Shown here piece after piece: positions 1 to 13,300 of a stretch of 64,000 nucleotides of DNA. The notes beneath the pieces are model-generated. The model was given only the letters and a program-made list of their open reading frames with translations. It did not search any database and was not told the origin of the DNA. Made by a program: the position numbers and the translations under genes. How positions within the stretch are numbered: the first letter of the stretch is position 1; the number at the start of each line of letters is the position of its first letter. Location: assembly GCA_002633005.1 (NCBI GenBank), contig NMRA01000311.1:73839-137838 (forward strand). The letters run 5' to 3'. This DNA comes from Phoronis australis. Taxonomy: Eukaryota; Animalia; Phoronida.

Positions 1-1610
1 TTGAGTTTTAGTTTGTCTTGAACAAAGGTTCTTTAACATCAATTTCACGAAGTCTGTGCAGAGGTGAGGTTAGTATGGTATTCACTGCGTCCATTCGAAA
101 CAAAGAAAAAATAAGTCTTTCCCTAATTGCAATCAAAGCCTTAATTTCATTACAGATAGCAATTTAATACAATTTTTTCAATCACCCACAGGGTGACCAG
201 ATCTGATCATGCCAAGACTCATGATCAACTGATACTCTGTGTTCCCACTGTTGTTTTAAAGTGGCATAGGACATGAAAATCATACTAAATTGCTTTATTC
301 AAAGTAGTTCTCTGTAACTGAAACAAAAGTCAAACTGTTCACCAGGTATTTTTATGTTTTGTTCGTAAAGATTTCTGTTGATATCAAAGCATTTTTCTTT
401 TAGTTCCAAATTTCAAAACAAGCTGTCTAGTGCTCGTCACTTCCTCGAATTTTCTCCACCACAGCAATGCATATCTCCTTATTTGGTATGGCAAGACATA
501 GATGTCATACATTTCCCTTATATGGAAATTGTGACCTTTGACAATTGCTGTAAACAAAACACTGGCGATTTCAAGCAGCAGCAAATCTGACTTCTTTGAA
601 AGCATGCTTGCATGAATATTATAGGGGTGGAGAATTAGATAAGTGTACTGGGATGAAAGAGTTATATTTCATTCGCGTTTCAAAAGCGGTGAATCTGACG
701 ATTTTTTCTAGAAATTCTTACAATATTCAAGGTGAATAACCTTAGCATCTCCAAGAAGTAGATTTGCTACAATCTGTTTAGAAGGTAATTTTTACGAGTT
801 TTCGCATTACTTGCCTCTTAAGAAAAATCTTCAGTTTATTGTCAAGTGCCCATACTACACAATATAAAAATCAGTTTGATTACTTCATCTTGTTCTCTAC
901 CACACCAGCACACACAAACACAAAACACAAACACAAACACACACACGCACGCACGCACACACATACACTGCACAAATCCAACTCAAAACTATATATATAG
1001 CTTTGCACTGGTGTGGGTAAAAAATGGCCAAATAAAATGTGGCAAAAATTTGCGTCATTGAAAACTACTCTTCCTTGAGTAGACTAAATTATTTACCGGT
1101 GTTGGAAAAATGGGTGTTCTACCATTATTCTGCATCTAAAGTTGTGGAGTGATCTTTTGCACCGGCTTTCGGTGTCATGAAATACTGCATCAGTTTCTTT
1201 TTCCGCTAATTCTTCAATCAACTACTACTCTTCTTTCATGAGGTTTGCATGAATGTCACAGCAAATTATCAGAACTGGTTTCGTTTCGTTACAAGTTTTC
1301 AGTATTTTAAGGCCAGCAAACCACAGTTTAGAACAAATTTTGCTGGTACAAAGCTGTTATCATCTCCCAAGAGAGATGTCGATCAAACATTTCACAAGTT
1401 ACAAGTATACTGTTTATCAAAACTATGACAGATTTTTCTGTTTTACAAAAGTCGGAGAATTATGCAAGACAATGATGTTTAGCTTGTTTTTCACTTAAAC
1501 GGCTGCAACGAGCAAGGTGAGCCTGTGTCAGTTGACTCCCAGATTTTGCTTGCAACCTCACTGGTCGTTAGCGCTAGATATTGATATAGGTTTTGTCGTA
1601 ATAGCCGAGA

Positions 1611-1685
1611 TTGCCCAACCTCGGGAATCGAACCACCAACCCCGATTTAACCGGCGAGCGTGCTAACCATTCAGCTAATAGGCAA
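1611..1685 (-). promoter_or_regulatory. tRNA-like Pol III module in LTR (second copy at 2059-2133)
   Basis: A-box TAGCTGAATGG, B-box GGTTCGATTCC and a 7-bp acceptor-like stem TTGCCTA/TGGGCAA. Confidence 0.75.
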
Positions 1686-1791
1686 TTGCCCGTTAGCGAG
1701 TGGCTAACAGAGGCTCATATGTGATTCACCGGAAGCACTTTCACAACATTCCCCCCTTTCCTATCAACAAGCACGCCATCAGCCAACTAGG

Positions 1792-1958
1792 TGTACCTTA
1801 CATTATGCCTGTACATGCACCTTACACCATGCCTGCACACGTACCTTACATTATGCCTGTACACGTACCTTACACCCTGTCTGTACATGCACCTTACATT
1901 ATGCCCGTACATGCACCTTACATCATGCCTGCACATGCACCTTACATTATGCCTGTAC
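1792..1958. repeat. 24-bp minisatellite (~7 copies) inside the TRIM
   Basis: Unit ~gcaccttacattatgcctgtacat. Confidence 0.9.
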
Positions 1959-4209
1959 CCTACCAACAAGCGTGCTGTCTCAGGACCCAGGGTCTATGAA
2001 GTGCTTCATCGGTATATCATCCGTTTGCCGACTACGCCAATTGTCGTAATAGCCGAGATTGCCCAACCTCGGGAATCGAACCACCGACCCCGATTTAACC
2101 GGCGAGCGTGCTAACCATTCAGCTAATAGGCAATTGCCCGTTAGCGAGTGGCTAACAGAGGCTCATATGTGATTCACCGGAAGCACTTTTACAACAGTTT
2201 CATGGCAAGGTGATGAGCAGAACTACCCAAGCTGCGAGAAATTTCGGGGTCTAACGGAGCTCAACACTCAACGGTCCCAGCCGTATTTTGTCGATAGTTT
2301 TCATACAGCTAGTTGAAGTTGGCTGGCAAGCCTAGCTGTGACTTCGTTTTGTGTATGTGCACCCGGTTGGACACCACATTTTGTACAACAATTACAAATG
2401 ATCAGAATGTCGAAGTAATATGATTGTGTAAAATTTTTTCACCATTTTTCAGCCTTGTCAATGTGTTCCTTGGCTTCCGCAACCTTTCTGTCCGAGTTCA
2501 TTTCTTGTCCGTCCGTTTGGATAAATCTGTCAATATGTTACTCAGCAATAACAATATTGACCCTTACAGGAACTTTGCAAAATGATCAGTACGCAACAAA
2601 AAATGCATAAAAATAAATTTAAATGGTACTGTGTAAATATGAATAATGTCATGAACATATATTTTCTGATATTTTCAACTGATCTAGTACATTTTCTGGC
2701 TACTCTTTTACTATTATTCATGAACACTACTTCCGGAGTAATGGTGTCTGCTTGATGCGTCAGAAATGTGAACACAACACGAAGTTTTCTGTTAAATTTT
2801 CTGTCTGTGTAAAGAAATGTAAATGCTGTCTTGGTCAAAACCAAAACATTTGGATTTGGAAACGCGTTTCTTTTTTCTCTTTTATATCTGCAGAACAGAG
2901 TTTACTTCGTCTGTTTTATGTCAACAAATTTCAGTGTGAAGTCCGTGGGGACCTCGGCAAGGCCAAGGGGCGTTCTCACTGAGTCTGTCTAGCCCAGACC
3001 GTGTGATTGCGTAATAGGGCCTAAATGTTTTAGCACAAACATTAAATTAGCTTAAGTCAGGTCACCAGCAGCCATCAAAACTCAGGAATGATTCAATCTA
3101 GGTGTATTATGGTGTAAGTGACGTAATACTCTGGAGAAATTGTGGTCACTTGAACCAAGAAGAAACGGCCTGAGACTGAGTTTATTGCCTGTGCAAATTT
3201 TTTTAGTAACCTATATTTATATTGTGTCTTGTGAGAGTGGTCCCAAATAGGGCAAGAACTGTAATATCCAGCAAAAGTTGCACATTCTTCTTGACAGTAT
3301 GGCTATGCAAATATACTGTGAAATAAAGTACTTATTATAGGTAGGTTCATTTATTAAGTAGAAAATAGTCTGGTTGTTTCAAAATGGTGTGTAGAAATAG
3401 ATAGCACATCATGTTGCCAAGTAATATGGTAACGATTCCGTTTCAACAGTTAATTTTGGAAAGTAAGTTAACAGTGTTTTAAATTTGTGATTCCGTGTGT
3501 GAGGTACGGTCACAATTTTTTGTCTTTTTCAGTAAATTGCCTACCAGTGGCAATGGACAGTTGATTAAATTGTCGATTGGTTTGGCATGCTAAAAATGAG
3601 CTAAATGTTCAAATCCCAGCTATGAACATGTAGATTTTCCTGCAATGCAGGCCCCCAAGGACAGTGAGATTCACTACCCTGAAGTACATGTACAAGTGAG
3701 GCTCATAGGGCAGAATTGTTCTTTGGTGTTATTTCAGAGCTTTTAGGGAACTGACAGTTTTTGCTGGTTTAAAGACCTTTTAGTTCATCCCTAGCCCAGA
3801 GAGTCACTTCATAAGTGAGCAAGGAACAAGTTAAGACCAAGTTTACAACGGTGAGTGGTCTGAATCAAAATTGGATTTTGATAGAAAGCACAAAAATGTG
3901 ACTTTTGAGCATCACCATTTTTAGTGCACCATTTCTTATTTTCTGAACCTTAGTAATTGTCAAAAATACCTTTTTGTTTGTTTAAGTTTTGTACAGTTTA
4001 GTTGAGACTTCACAGTATTTTTAGAAGTATTGTTTTTGCGGTTTTCAGCCTTAGATGTCACAAATTGGGATTGGGAAGTTTCCATTTGCTGTAACACTTT
4101 ACAAACTTCTAGAAATAAAGTAAACTTACAGACATCACTTTGACTGGTCAAGGAATGATTGTCCACCAATGTTGTTATCCTCAGGCTGTAGTTTTGTCCA
4201 GTGTACATC

Positions 4210-4335
4210 ATGGAGGGTGTCCGACATCGTTCTGCTTCTGGGAAGCACCTGGCAAAATATGGCGCTACATTTGAACCACCTAAAGATGATGCACTGCACT
4301 ATCCTGAGGATGATACACACTCCTTCTTTGCCAAG
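4210..4335 (+). CDS. CLC coding exon 1 (MEGVRHRS...HSFFAK)
   Basis: ATG at 4210 and donor AAG|gtatag. An upstream acceptor cctcag at 4184 implies a 5'UTR exon further up. Phase 0 joins exon 2 as FFAK-GRDFE. Confidence 0.75.
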
Positions 4336-7300
4336 GTATAGTAACATTGGTCTACTCTGGAAGTGTTTGAGCCTATACGGTTGAGCTGGGAAGGGAACCG
4401 TAGTAAATGGTTGTGTGAGTGCAGGTGATGTCTGGTGGTGCATCAGACGTGTGTAGATCACACTGGGGGAGGGACATTGCACGTAATACTTGAGGGGAAG
4501 CCCACGAGAGCCTTTCTGTTGGTTGTAGATATTTCGTGATGGAGGTTTTCAAGTCCTGATATGGTCTAAGAGGGTTCTTAATTTCCTGTGCAAAGACAAT
4601 TCATTTTCTTTCATATAAGTCATTGATGTGTCACAACTCCTTTCATCCACTTAGCTCAAATTCTGTCTCCATGTTACTGTAATTCGAGTACACGCACATT
4701 ATTGCGAGAATTGTTTTTCAATTGTTCAAATGCTGATAACCTTGCTACAAGTAATAAAAAGGTTATGCAATGTTGCAACATCTACTCAGTACGTTTAACA
4801 TGATTATAATATTTACGGTAAAATCTCTTTAATTTACGACATGAATATGCAATTAGTGCAATTATATTTTAATTTAATATTATTTCCATGCTACATATGC
4901 AGTACCAAATACATTTCCATGTTCAAGTTTTGTATTACATCTATCATTAGACAAACATTTGAAAATTTGTGGGCATTCTTGTAAATCTGTGGGCATTCGA
5001 AGCATTGTTAGAGCCTTTTGTCAAATCAATGAAGGCATTTTGGCAATTATTTCTGCCCAAAGTCTCTGAAATTTTGCCATATTGAGAAATTTGACAAAAA
5101 AAAATAAATTTCTACTTTTACTGTTATATTGATCTGCTTACTTGGTGAAAAACTAGCTGTCCTTAGTGACTAACTAGTACTCACTTGTTAACTTACCATT
5201 TGCTTTTTAGGGCCGTGACTTTGAGAGTGCTTACGTTAACCACCAGTACACAGTCAAAGAACGAGAGACTCTATCCACATATGAGAGTGCTGACTACTTG
5301 CCATCACACAGTCTGGTGTATAAACACTGGCTGAAGAGACAGCCTAGGAGGTACTTTACTGACCATGCATCTGTTGAAAAATGTCTTTAATGAGCCAGAA
5401 ATGTTGTCTTGTGCTCCACGCAACTAATCTGAAAAATAATTAAATACCACTTAATGAGCAAAAGTGCAAAGTGTCTGAAAATAAACAGCTAATTGCTAAT
5501 TACAGAGAAAGTTTCCATCAATTACTTTTAGACTGCCATGCACTCATAATTACTTGACTAAACTTTTAGACTGCCATGCACTCATAATTACTTGACTAAA
5601 CTTATAGACTGCCATGCACTCATAATTACTTATAGACTGCCATGCACTCATAATTACTTGACTAAACTTTTGCTGTTGTGGAGTGGGAACCTAAGATCAA
5701 CTTTCTGTCTTTAAAGTCTACGTGGTCTCTTTTCATGATTTAAAGTCTACGTGGTCACTTTTCATGATTTAAAGTCTACGTGGTCTCTTTTCATGATTTA
5801 AAGTCTACGTGGTCACTTTTCATGATTTAAAGTCTACGTGGTCACTTTTCATGATTTAAAGTCTACGTGGTCACTTTTCATGATTTAAAGTCTACGTGGT
5901 CACTTTTCATGATTTAAAGTCTACGTGGTCACTTTTCATGAAAGAGACCCCAGGGATCTTTGAAACAGACCCCAGAGAGAAACAGACTCCTGAGTTTTGT
6001 AAAGTGCTTTATAAAACCTTTGTCAGTTTTTGTCGAAAGAAGCAGAATTGTACGAAATATTTGTGGGTTCAAGAACTTAAAAGTAAACTTGTTAATAGAA
6101 TCTGATATGTGTTGTACATTTCTAAGTCTTATTCAGCATAATTACATTAGTTAAGTTAAAGAACGACACTGTAATTTGTTGATCAAGTTTGAGTCAACTA
6201 AAAGACTTCCCTGCCAACAGAACTCTGCTTTGTCGTGTTTAATTCATAACAGGAGTTCTCTCATCAAAAACGCCCCCTGTCATATTCATGGTGCATGTAA
6301 GTTTATAATGGAAACAAAGTAATTGTTTGGAAGCTATAATATCTCAAGTTATTGATTATTTGAATGGTTTATTTCGCATCGTTCGTTTTCCTATTCCTAT
6401 GTTTTTATTTGTCCAGACTTGACTGGGACCGATGGTTGATGATGGGTTTCATTGGGTTTGCCGTTGGATTTGTTGGGTTTTTGCTGCATCAGATTATTGA
6501 CGTACTTTCCGACCTGAGGTGGGAAAAAGCAAGAGAATATATTGCTGTAAGTATCTACATATGTAGACTGAGACTGAGCTTGGCTATCATGTGTCTTTGT
6601 AGTCATATAGCAGGGTAGCCATGTTGCATAGTCCTGCGAGCTGGCTGATTAAAAGGCTTTAACTTTAAAGCTTTTTATACTTTGGTGCAAAGCTGTAACA
6701 GGTTTGGGCCATTGTGGGTGGCATTCTGACATAAAATTAGTGTCATTAAAAACTACACTATTCCTTGAGTTAACAAATTGTTTAGCGGTATTTGAAAAGT
6801 AGGCAGTCTACCGTTAATCTGCTGTTAAAGTTGTGGAGCGATCTTATGCATCGTCTTTCGGTGCAATGAATTACGGCATCACCTATAGGCCAGTTTAATT
6901 TTTCGCGGATTCTTCAATCAACTGGTTGCATATGTGTCACAAAAAAATATCAGAACTGGTTTCATTTCTGAAAGTTTTTTATTTAATAACAGCAAACCAA
7001 ATTTCAGAACAAACTTTGCTGCTGTGAAGGTGCCATTCTCTCTCGAGAGATGTCGCAAAAAATTTAGATAATGGCGTGTGTCATGGTCGTACTGTTTTCA
7101 AAACCGATGATTTTTCTTTATTACAAAAGGCTTAGAATTGTGCAAGAAAACAATGTTTTTTTAGATTGTGTTCACTTAATATATGGCTGCAGTGGGCAGG
7201 GTGAGTGTTGGCTGAATCCAACCCACCGGTCATTAGCTCTACAGGTTGATATAGATTTCATGACGAGGTGGCAAGCAAAACTACTTGGATTGTGTGAAAT

Positions 7301-10300
7301 TTTGAGGTCTATTGGAGCTTAACGCTTAGTCGTTCCTAGTGTATTTTGACAATAGTCATCATACAGCTAGTTGGCTGGCTAATAATTCGTGTGCTTTCAG
7401 GGCTATTTATAATAGAACGTGCAATCTCTCTGAGTCTATAGCTATAGTGTTATCAAGTGTTTTTTACATGAAGCCCAATGTTAATTTAGTGGACTACTTT
7501 CTGTAGCCTCACAGCAAATGAAATCAATTTCATTTGCCAATTATAGTTTATTTGTATTTGTATTGAAGGCCTCTGGCCCAAAGTACAATAAACAAAACAA
7601 TTAATCAGGCACATTTGCACAAGCAGTCAACCCATTTAAGAGTTGTTCTCGTCTTTTAAGGGCAAAATACACATATTTAACAGCAGATATATCTGGATTA
7701 GCGAGCAGACATATACAGGATTCTTGAGTTGGATGCATGCAGTAGGAATTCTAACAGTGAAAATTTTTCTGCTAATTTCAACCTAGTTCATGCCTACGAA
7801 TGATAATCGAAGGTCAACTGTCTTTAGGTTTGCAAGTGTTAAAAGCTGTTACGTTGTCTATTCCAGGATCCCAACTTTATGCTGGCCTGGGTGTAGGTGA
7901 TGGGGTTCAATGTTATGTTGTCTATTCCAGGATCACAACTTTGTGCTGGCCTGGGTGTGGGTGATGGGGTTCAGTCTCCTCTTTCTGTTGCTGAGTACAA
8001 CATCAGTCGTAGTAAGTATGGGGTACATAATAAAGCATTTGCATTAAAAACCCTGCTTAGTTTTAACTCCAGACAACAGCAGTGTCCGAATCAAGGCTAA
8101 GTCAGATATCTATCTATAAGTCCTTTGTTATGCGTTCCCGCGTTCTTTTGTCCATCATCACAACTTGCAGGCTAATTTCCTTATTAAAATCACATTTCTT
8201 TGGTAAAAAATGATCAGCCAGGTAAATACAGCTTTAAGTCTTTCACTTTAATCTTTGTTTTCAGTTCCTTCGCCCCAGTGCCGGAAGCTCAGGTATCCCA
8301 GAGTTGATTGGTTTCCTTAATGGCACCGTAGTTCGACACATCTTCAACATAAAGACAATGGTGGTCAAGTTCTTCTCCTGCTGTATGGCTGTAGGCAGCG
8401 GGATGCCAGTTGGGCCTGAGGGACCAATGATTCACCTAGGGTAGGCAGGAAGATGCCGGTTGGGCTTTAGGGACCAATGATTTACTTAGGGTAGTATGGC
8501 GTGTGAGGCAAACAGTTTGGTGATGGCTATAGTGTACCTGATGGATTTTTATAGGAAACCTTCCACATGTAACCGCTTAAAGATTTAGTCCAGTCGTGGA
8601 CATCACTGAAAGTACCTAATGTTTTGAAAATGAGGTCAAGCTGGTAGCATGTTTTCAACCTGTTGGAATGGATTTTAATCCAACCTTTATAGCGTTCCAT
8701 TTTGACAGGAATTGCCTCTGTTAGATCCTATACTGGGTGTTCCAAAAATGTCAACAAAAATGCTCAATGTCAGAAAGTGGTTTTACTGACAAGTAGCAGT
8801 GTTTTTTGTATTCCAGGTGTAAATAATTTTCTTGCACCAGGCACAAAAATTAGAAAAATGTCTCAGTTGGATCTAATTGTAGAAAAATGATGAAAGAACT
8901 GTGCACAACTGTTCTTCTAAAAGACACTGTTTTCTAGAGGGACTAAATATGTCTTATTCAACTGCTGCAGACCTATCATTACAGTGATTTTTTCTCATTT
9001 TGTTGATCAGGAACTCAGGATACAGACGTCTTGTTATCAGTTTGACTGTGACAGCAGAGGGGGAAATTTGGCAAACAAAATAGAATGTTTACATAGTTCA
9101 GCTTTCTCATTGTCTGGGTTCAGTGATAAGCTCATGTAATCCAGCAATTGTAAACAGCATGTCTGACTCTAACTGATATGTAAGAAATACTATTTGCAAA
9201 CAACATTCAACAAATGTCATGAAGATTTGTTTTTATGAAATACTATCACCAAAAGACTTTGAACGAAGAAAATGAACGTGTTACCGTATCTACCCCTTAT
9301 CGGACCAATTGTAACGGGATAGTCTAACCTAAATTTTGGTGACCTACTTATGGAGCATCGATGCCATGCGCTATGCTTCGGAAAATTAAAGAATCTAGTG
9401 AGGCTTTTATGAATGAAAGGTAGAGTATGGTAATCAAAGAAAATAAGCAAATGATTTTCATTTGTTTTTAGTTTTATTTATCTCCACCTTTGAATGAAAA
9501 GTTGCATCCTAGGTGACACTCTGATTGAGTCAATTTGCGTCTTTTGCAGTTTGGTTGCATCAAATGATGCAAAAACACAACCTCGAGAGAATACTGAATA
9601 GGCTTGTTTGTCAATAATTGAACATGATTCTAGGTCAGATCGTGATGTTGGAAATTTCTTGGTTTTAGCAGTCCAAAGAAATATCTAGTACGTAACGTGT
9701 TCAAATTGAATCCTGACTTAAAAACATTACAATTTTACTCTTTCTTTGCCTTTGTACATCAGATTTCATTCTTCAATAATCCTCTATTGCTGCACTGAAG
9801 CTGCAAAAATGGTTGTGTTCGGTACCAAAACTCAAAAAAGAATCAGCTGTGGCACTTTCTCTATCTTTTTAATACTGCAACAGACTTTGTGACTCCTGGA
9901 GTAAAAAAACTTTCACTTGTTAGATCTCTGTGAGGCTGTATCCTCATATTTTAGAATGTTTCAGCAAACATTTTTGTGGGTCACCCTGTATATTGTAGTT
10001 TTTATGTGTTTACTAAAAGTTTTAAATGTTTTGAAATTTTCAGAAGCTTAGTTGGTGCAGGCCTGAGTCAGTTCAAGTCAGACACACTGAAGATCACGTT
10101 ACCGTTCTTTGAGAGATTCAGAAATTCTGAAGACAGGTGCGTGATTTGTGTTTTTCTCGTCATTTTATCTACCCAGTACAACTAACTCTCATTTAGTTTG
10201 TATTCCAGACGATACTGCTTTTCAGGGCCCTGATATCAATCTTTATTTGTTAATTGCACGGCTCAGTGTTGTCTGATGTCAAGATGAAAACACCATTTAT

Positions 10301-13300
10301 TTACAACGCTGAATATATGTGCTAACTGCGAAGCGATACCAAAGCTTGTTTACAGTGAGACAACACATGACAAAAACAAAACCCATTGCAGCGTTTTGGC
10401 CAATTTTTATGGTATTTCTTCGGAATCTGCGAAAGAAGGATAATTGTACACTAATTTTTGAAGAGGAATTCAGTTCAAGAAACAACACATGATAAAAACC
10501 CATTGCTGCGTTTTGGCCAATTTTTAAATTATTTCTTTGGAATCCGCTAAAGAAGGATTGTACACTAATTTTTGAAGAGGAATTCAGTTCAAGAAGCCAG
10601 AGACTGAACAAAATGACCAATTTCTGTCCACGGCATTTCAATTGATTTCAGCCAGTATTTTATTGCCATGGAGAGATCACTATTGTCCTTTGCTGTTCAG
10701 TAGGAATTTACTTTTTGTCAAGGGTGGACGGCGACACCGTTTTTCCCAGTTGATGTAGATAAGCATTGTCCAACTACAAGATGCCACTGAGCGACCGGGT
10801 TTTATAATGATTCTTTGGCGCAGTTTAAAGTTAAGTAGGATCCTTGAAAAAATGTTCAAATTTGGCAATTTCGGTGCATCTTCTCTTAAAAATGACTGAT
10901 CAAATTGATGTGAAACTTGGAGATGCTATGGTTTATACACAGCCCTCCAAAATGCTGTTAGGAATTGCTTTTAAAATGTTTCACTTTTGAATAGGAGCAA
11001 ATGTTGGACTTGTATGAAAAAATTCAAGAGTTTGCATAAAATGAAAACTAACATTTTTAAGATTTCATCTGAGTATTTGTATTAAACAAAATTTTATCAT
11101 CTTTGTGGTTTTGGTATGAATGTAACTTTTTTTCTAAATTTTACTAGTATATAAACATGATCATACATCCTAATTAATGGCAAATCAAAGAAGTCAATCA
11201 GAATCCACAGCCTTCCTACTTTCAAAAAATATATATACTTCAAATTTACCGACTAAGTTAAAATTGTTTAAATAATTTGTAGATATTTTTCTAAATACTC
11301 AAGACTTATTAATATTCGATACTACATACCCTCAACACCTATTTGCATTGATTTTTTTGCCTAGAAGTTAGAGCTGCATTGTTCCCTGTCTTGTTGGCTA
11401 TGAAAGAATATTGAATAAGACCTTTTGCTCTATTCAATGTCGTTATACTCCTTGCAGTGATAGGATTCCATTTCCAACCCGAGTCACAAGCAATGCTTGC
11501 ATTCACCGTGCTGGTACGTCATCAGTTGTGCTTTATCTTTTTTCAGGCGTAACTTCATCTCAGCTGGTGCAGCAGCGGGTATTGCCTCTGCGTTCGGTGC
11601 CCCCGTTGGAGGTCTGTTGTTCTCCATGGAGGAGGTCTCATCGTTCTGGAATGAGAAGCTGTCGTGGCAGATCTTCTTCTGCTGCATGGTGTCCACATTT
11701 ACTACAGACTTGTTCAACTCGGCCTTCGAGGCATTCCATTATGATGGAGACTTTGGACTGTTCAAGACAGACAGATACATATTGTTTCAGGTATCGCCTT
11801 ACCTTGAAACGTCACAAAATTAATCCTTATGATACAGTTAATAGCTTTATAGCTTTTTTAAGGAGGTGTTTGATAATTGGTTGTAGAGAGTGATCAATTG
11901 TCGAAATTCTCTGGGGTAATATAATTGTATTATTGGAAATGAAGTTGAAATCTTTTATTAGTTGTGATTGCTATGCCAAATATTGTGGCCGTTGCGTGCC
12001 AGTTATATTTGGCTCACATTGCTTTCAATGTGCACAGTTGTATTCAGTTACTATACATGCAATAATGTGAGTTTGATATTTTGTCTTTTTTTGTCTTTTT
12101 CGCAGTGCATTGTATAATTCTGATGTACAGGTAAACACAGGAATAACATGTTCTTTACAAACTGGCACTTCAGGGTCCATAGTCAATAACATGTAGTGTT
12201 TTACTTGTTTGGAAAATTCAGACTACAATGGAAATGATATTGTTTGTTCTGCAGATTCGTGTTATGGCCTGGTGACTTCTATCAGTTGAGCATTGTGTGA
12301 CTTTAATTCACTTTAAGCCTTGATTGGTGTAAGTCATATGTTGATTAGTTGCGATAGCTTCACATTACCATGTGTCACATTACAATGTTTGCTCCATGCT
12401 TTTGGCTTGAATGTGATGCCTGCAATTCAGGACCGTACACTTTTGGCTTGAATGTGATACCTGCAATTCAGGACCATACAATTCAGGACCATACACTTTT
12501 GCTAGGAAAGTTAAAATGCTGTCATGGAGAGAATTTCAGATTTTCTTACTGAGTCACTTTAGATTTTTGATATCGTAGCTGGTTCTGGTCTGTCACTCCG
12601 ANCCCTAGCCTATTGAGGAGAAAATGACCATGCCTTTCCATTTTGCAAAGTATGCCCTCTACTGGCCACTTTATGGTACCAATAAACAACCCTAGAAGGA
12701 TACCGTATGCGGTGCAATTGTGGGCGCATTTCAACGCTCTGCGTTGCTCTTGTTTGAAAAGCTGCACAAAAGTACGTAAGCAAGGGTAAACAAAGTTTAA
12801 AGTGACATCATGTACCAAACAACCAAACAATGAGCAAAACATACTCGCACCATTTCTGTTCGTATAAGATGGATTTCTTTTTCCAAAATGGTCAACTGAA
12901 AAAATACCAAACAGACCAGAACCAACTGTGCATTTTGTCCCATTAGTGTGTTGGTTGTGCTGGGACCCTGAAGTGCCTGAGATTGCATTACCGCCGTTGT
13001 TATGTTGTTTGTTGTTTTCTCATCATGACCAATTTTTCTACAGGTACAGCCGGCTTCCTCAAAAATCGGTGCTTATTGAGCTATATGTAGGTCTCTAAAC
13101 TAATCAAGTGGTAGTAACAGATAAACATTTGGCAAGTCAAAGTCTTTCATGTGTCGTCTTAAGTAATGTTGTTTACCCATTTTCAAACTTCAAAGACCCG
13201 ACTATGTTCGTCACGCAATATGTGGTAACACAATATCAACGTCCCAGTGTTAATGGTGAGGACTACACATTGTTAGTTACATACCACATATAATCGGGTA

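Larger units (their letters stand above)
1594..2196 (-). mobile_element. TRIM (miniature non-autonomous LTR retrotransposon) with tRNA-like LTRs, Helenus-like
   Basis: Two 155-bp TG...CA direct repeats (1594-1748 and 2042-2196, 2 mismatches) and a 4-bp TSD GTTT. Minus-strand PBS TGGCGTAGTCGGCA (2026-2039) is complementary to a tRNA-Ser 3' end. PPT GGAAAGGGGGGAA (1749-1761) abuts the 3' LTR. Confidence 0.92.
1000..2340. repeat. Old dispersed repeat hosting the TRIM; paralogue at ~6700-7380
   Basis: Colinear similarity between the two copies (gtcattgaaaactac...aaagttgtggag...ttcttcaatcaact...atcagaactggtttc...catacagctagttg). Confidence 0.75.

Noticed and set aside
260-817. Possible TTAA-flanked element
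   Set aside because: The terminal match is too degenerate to support a call.
1611-1685. Functional tRNA gene
   Set aside because: Anticodon and T arms are non-canonical and the sequence is embedded in both LTRs; treated as a tRNA-derived promoter module.
1700-2114. Repetitive ORFs (HAPYIMPV...)
   Set aside because: Translation of the 24-bp minisatellite inside the TRIM.
2440-3130. Candidate CLC promoter and non-coding first exon (attgcgtaat, gtgacgtaat, gtaagt donor near 3114)
   Set aside because: Plausible, but cannot be delimited without transcript data.
3540-3680. Possible tRNA-derived SINE remnant (gttcaaatccc)
   Set aside because: Only a B-box-like motif; no convincing A box, tail or TSD.
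5710-5941. Regular 22-40-bp repeat arrays (also 29491, 39503, 45016, 50707) considered as CRISPR
   Set aside because: Head-to-tail units with no unique spacers, no cas genes, and a eukaryotic intron-containing context.
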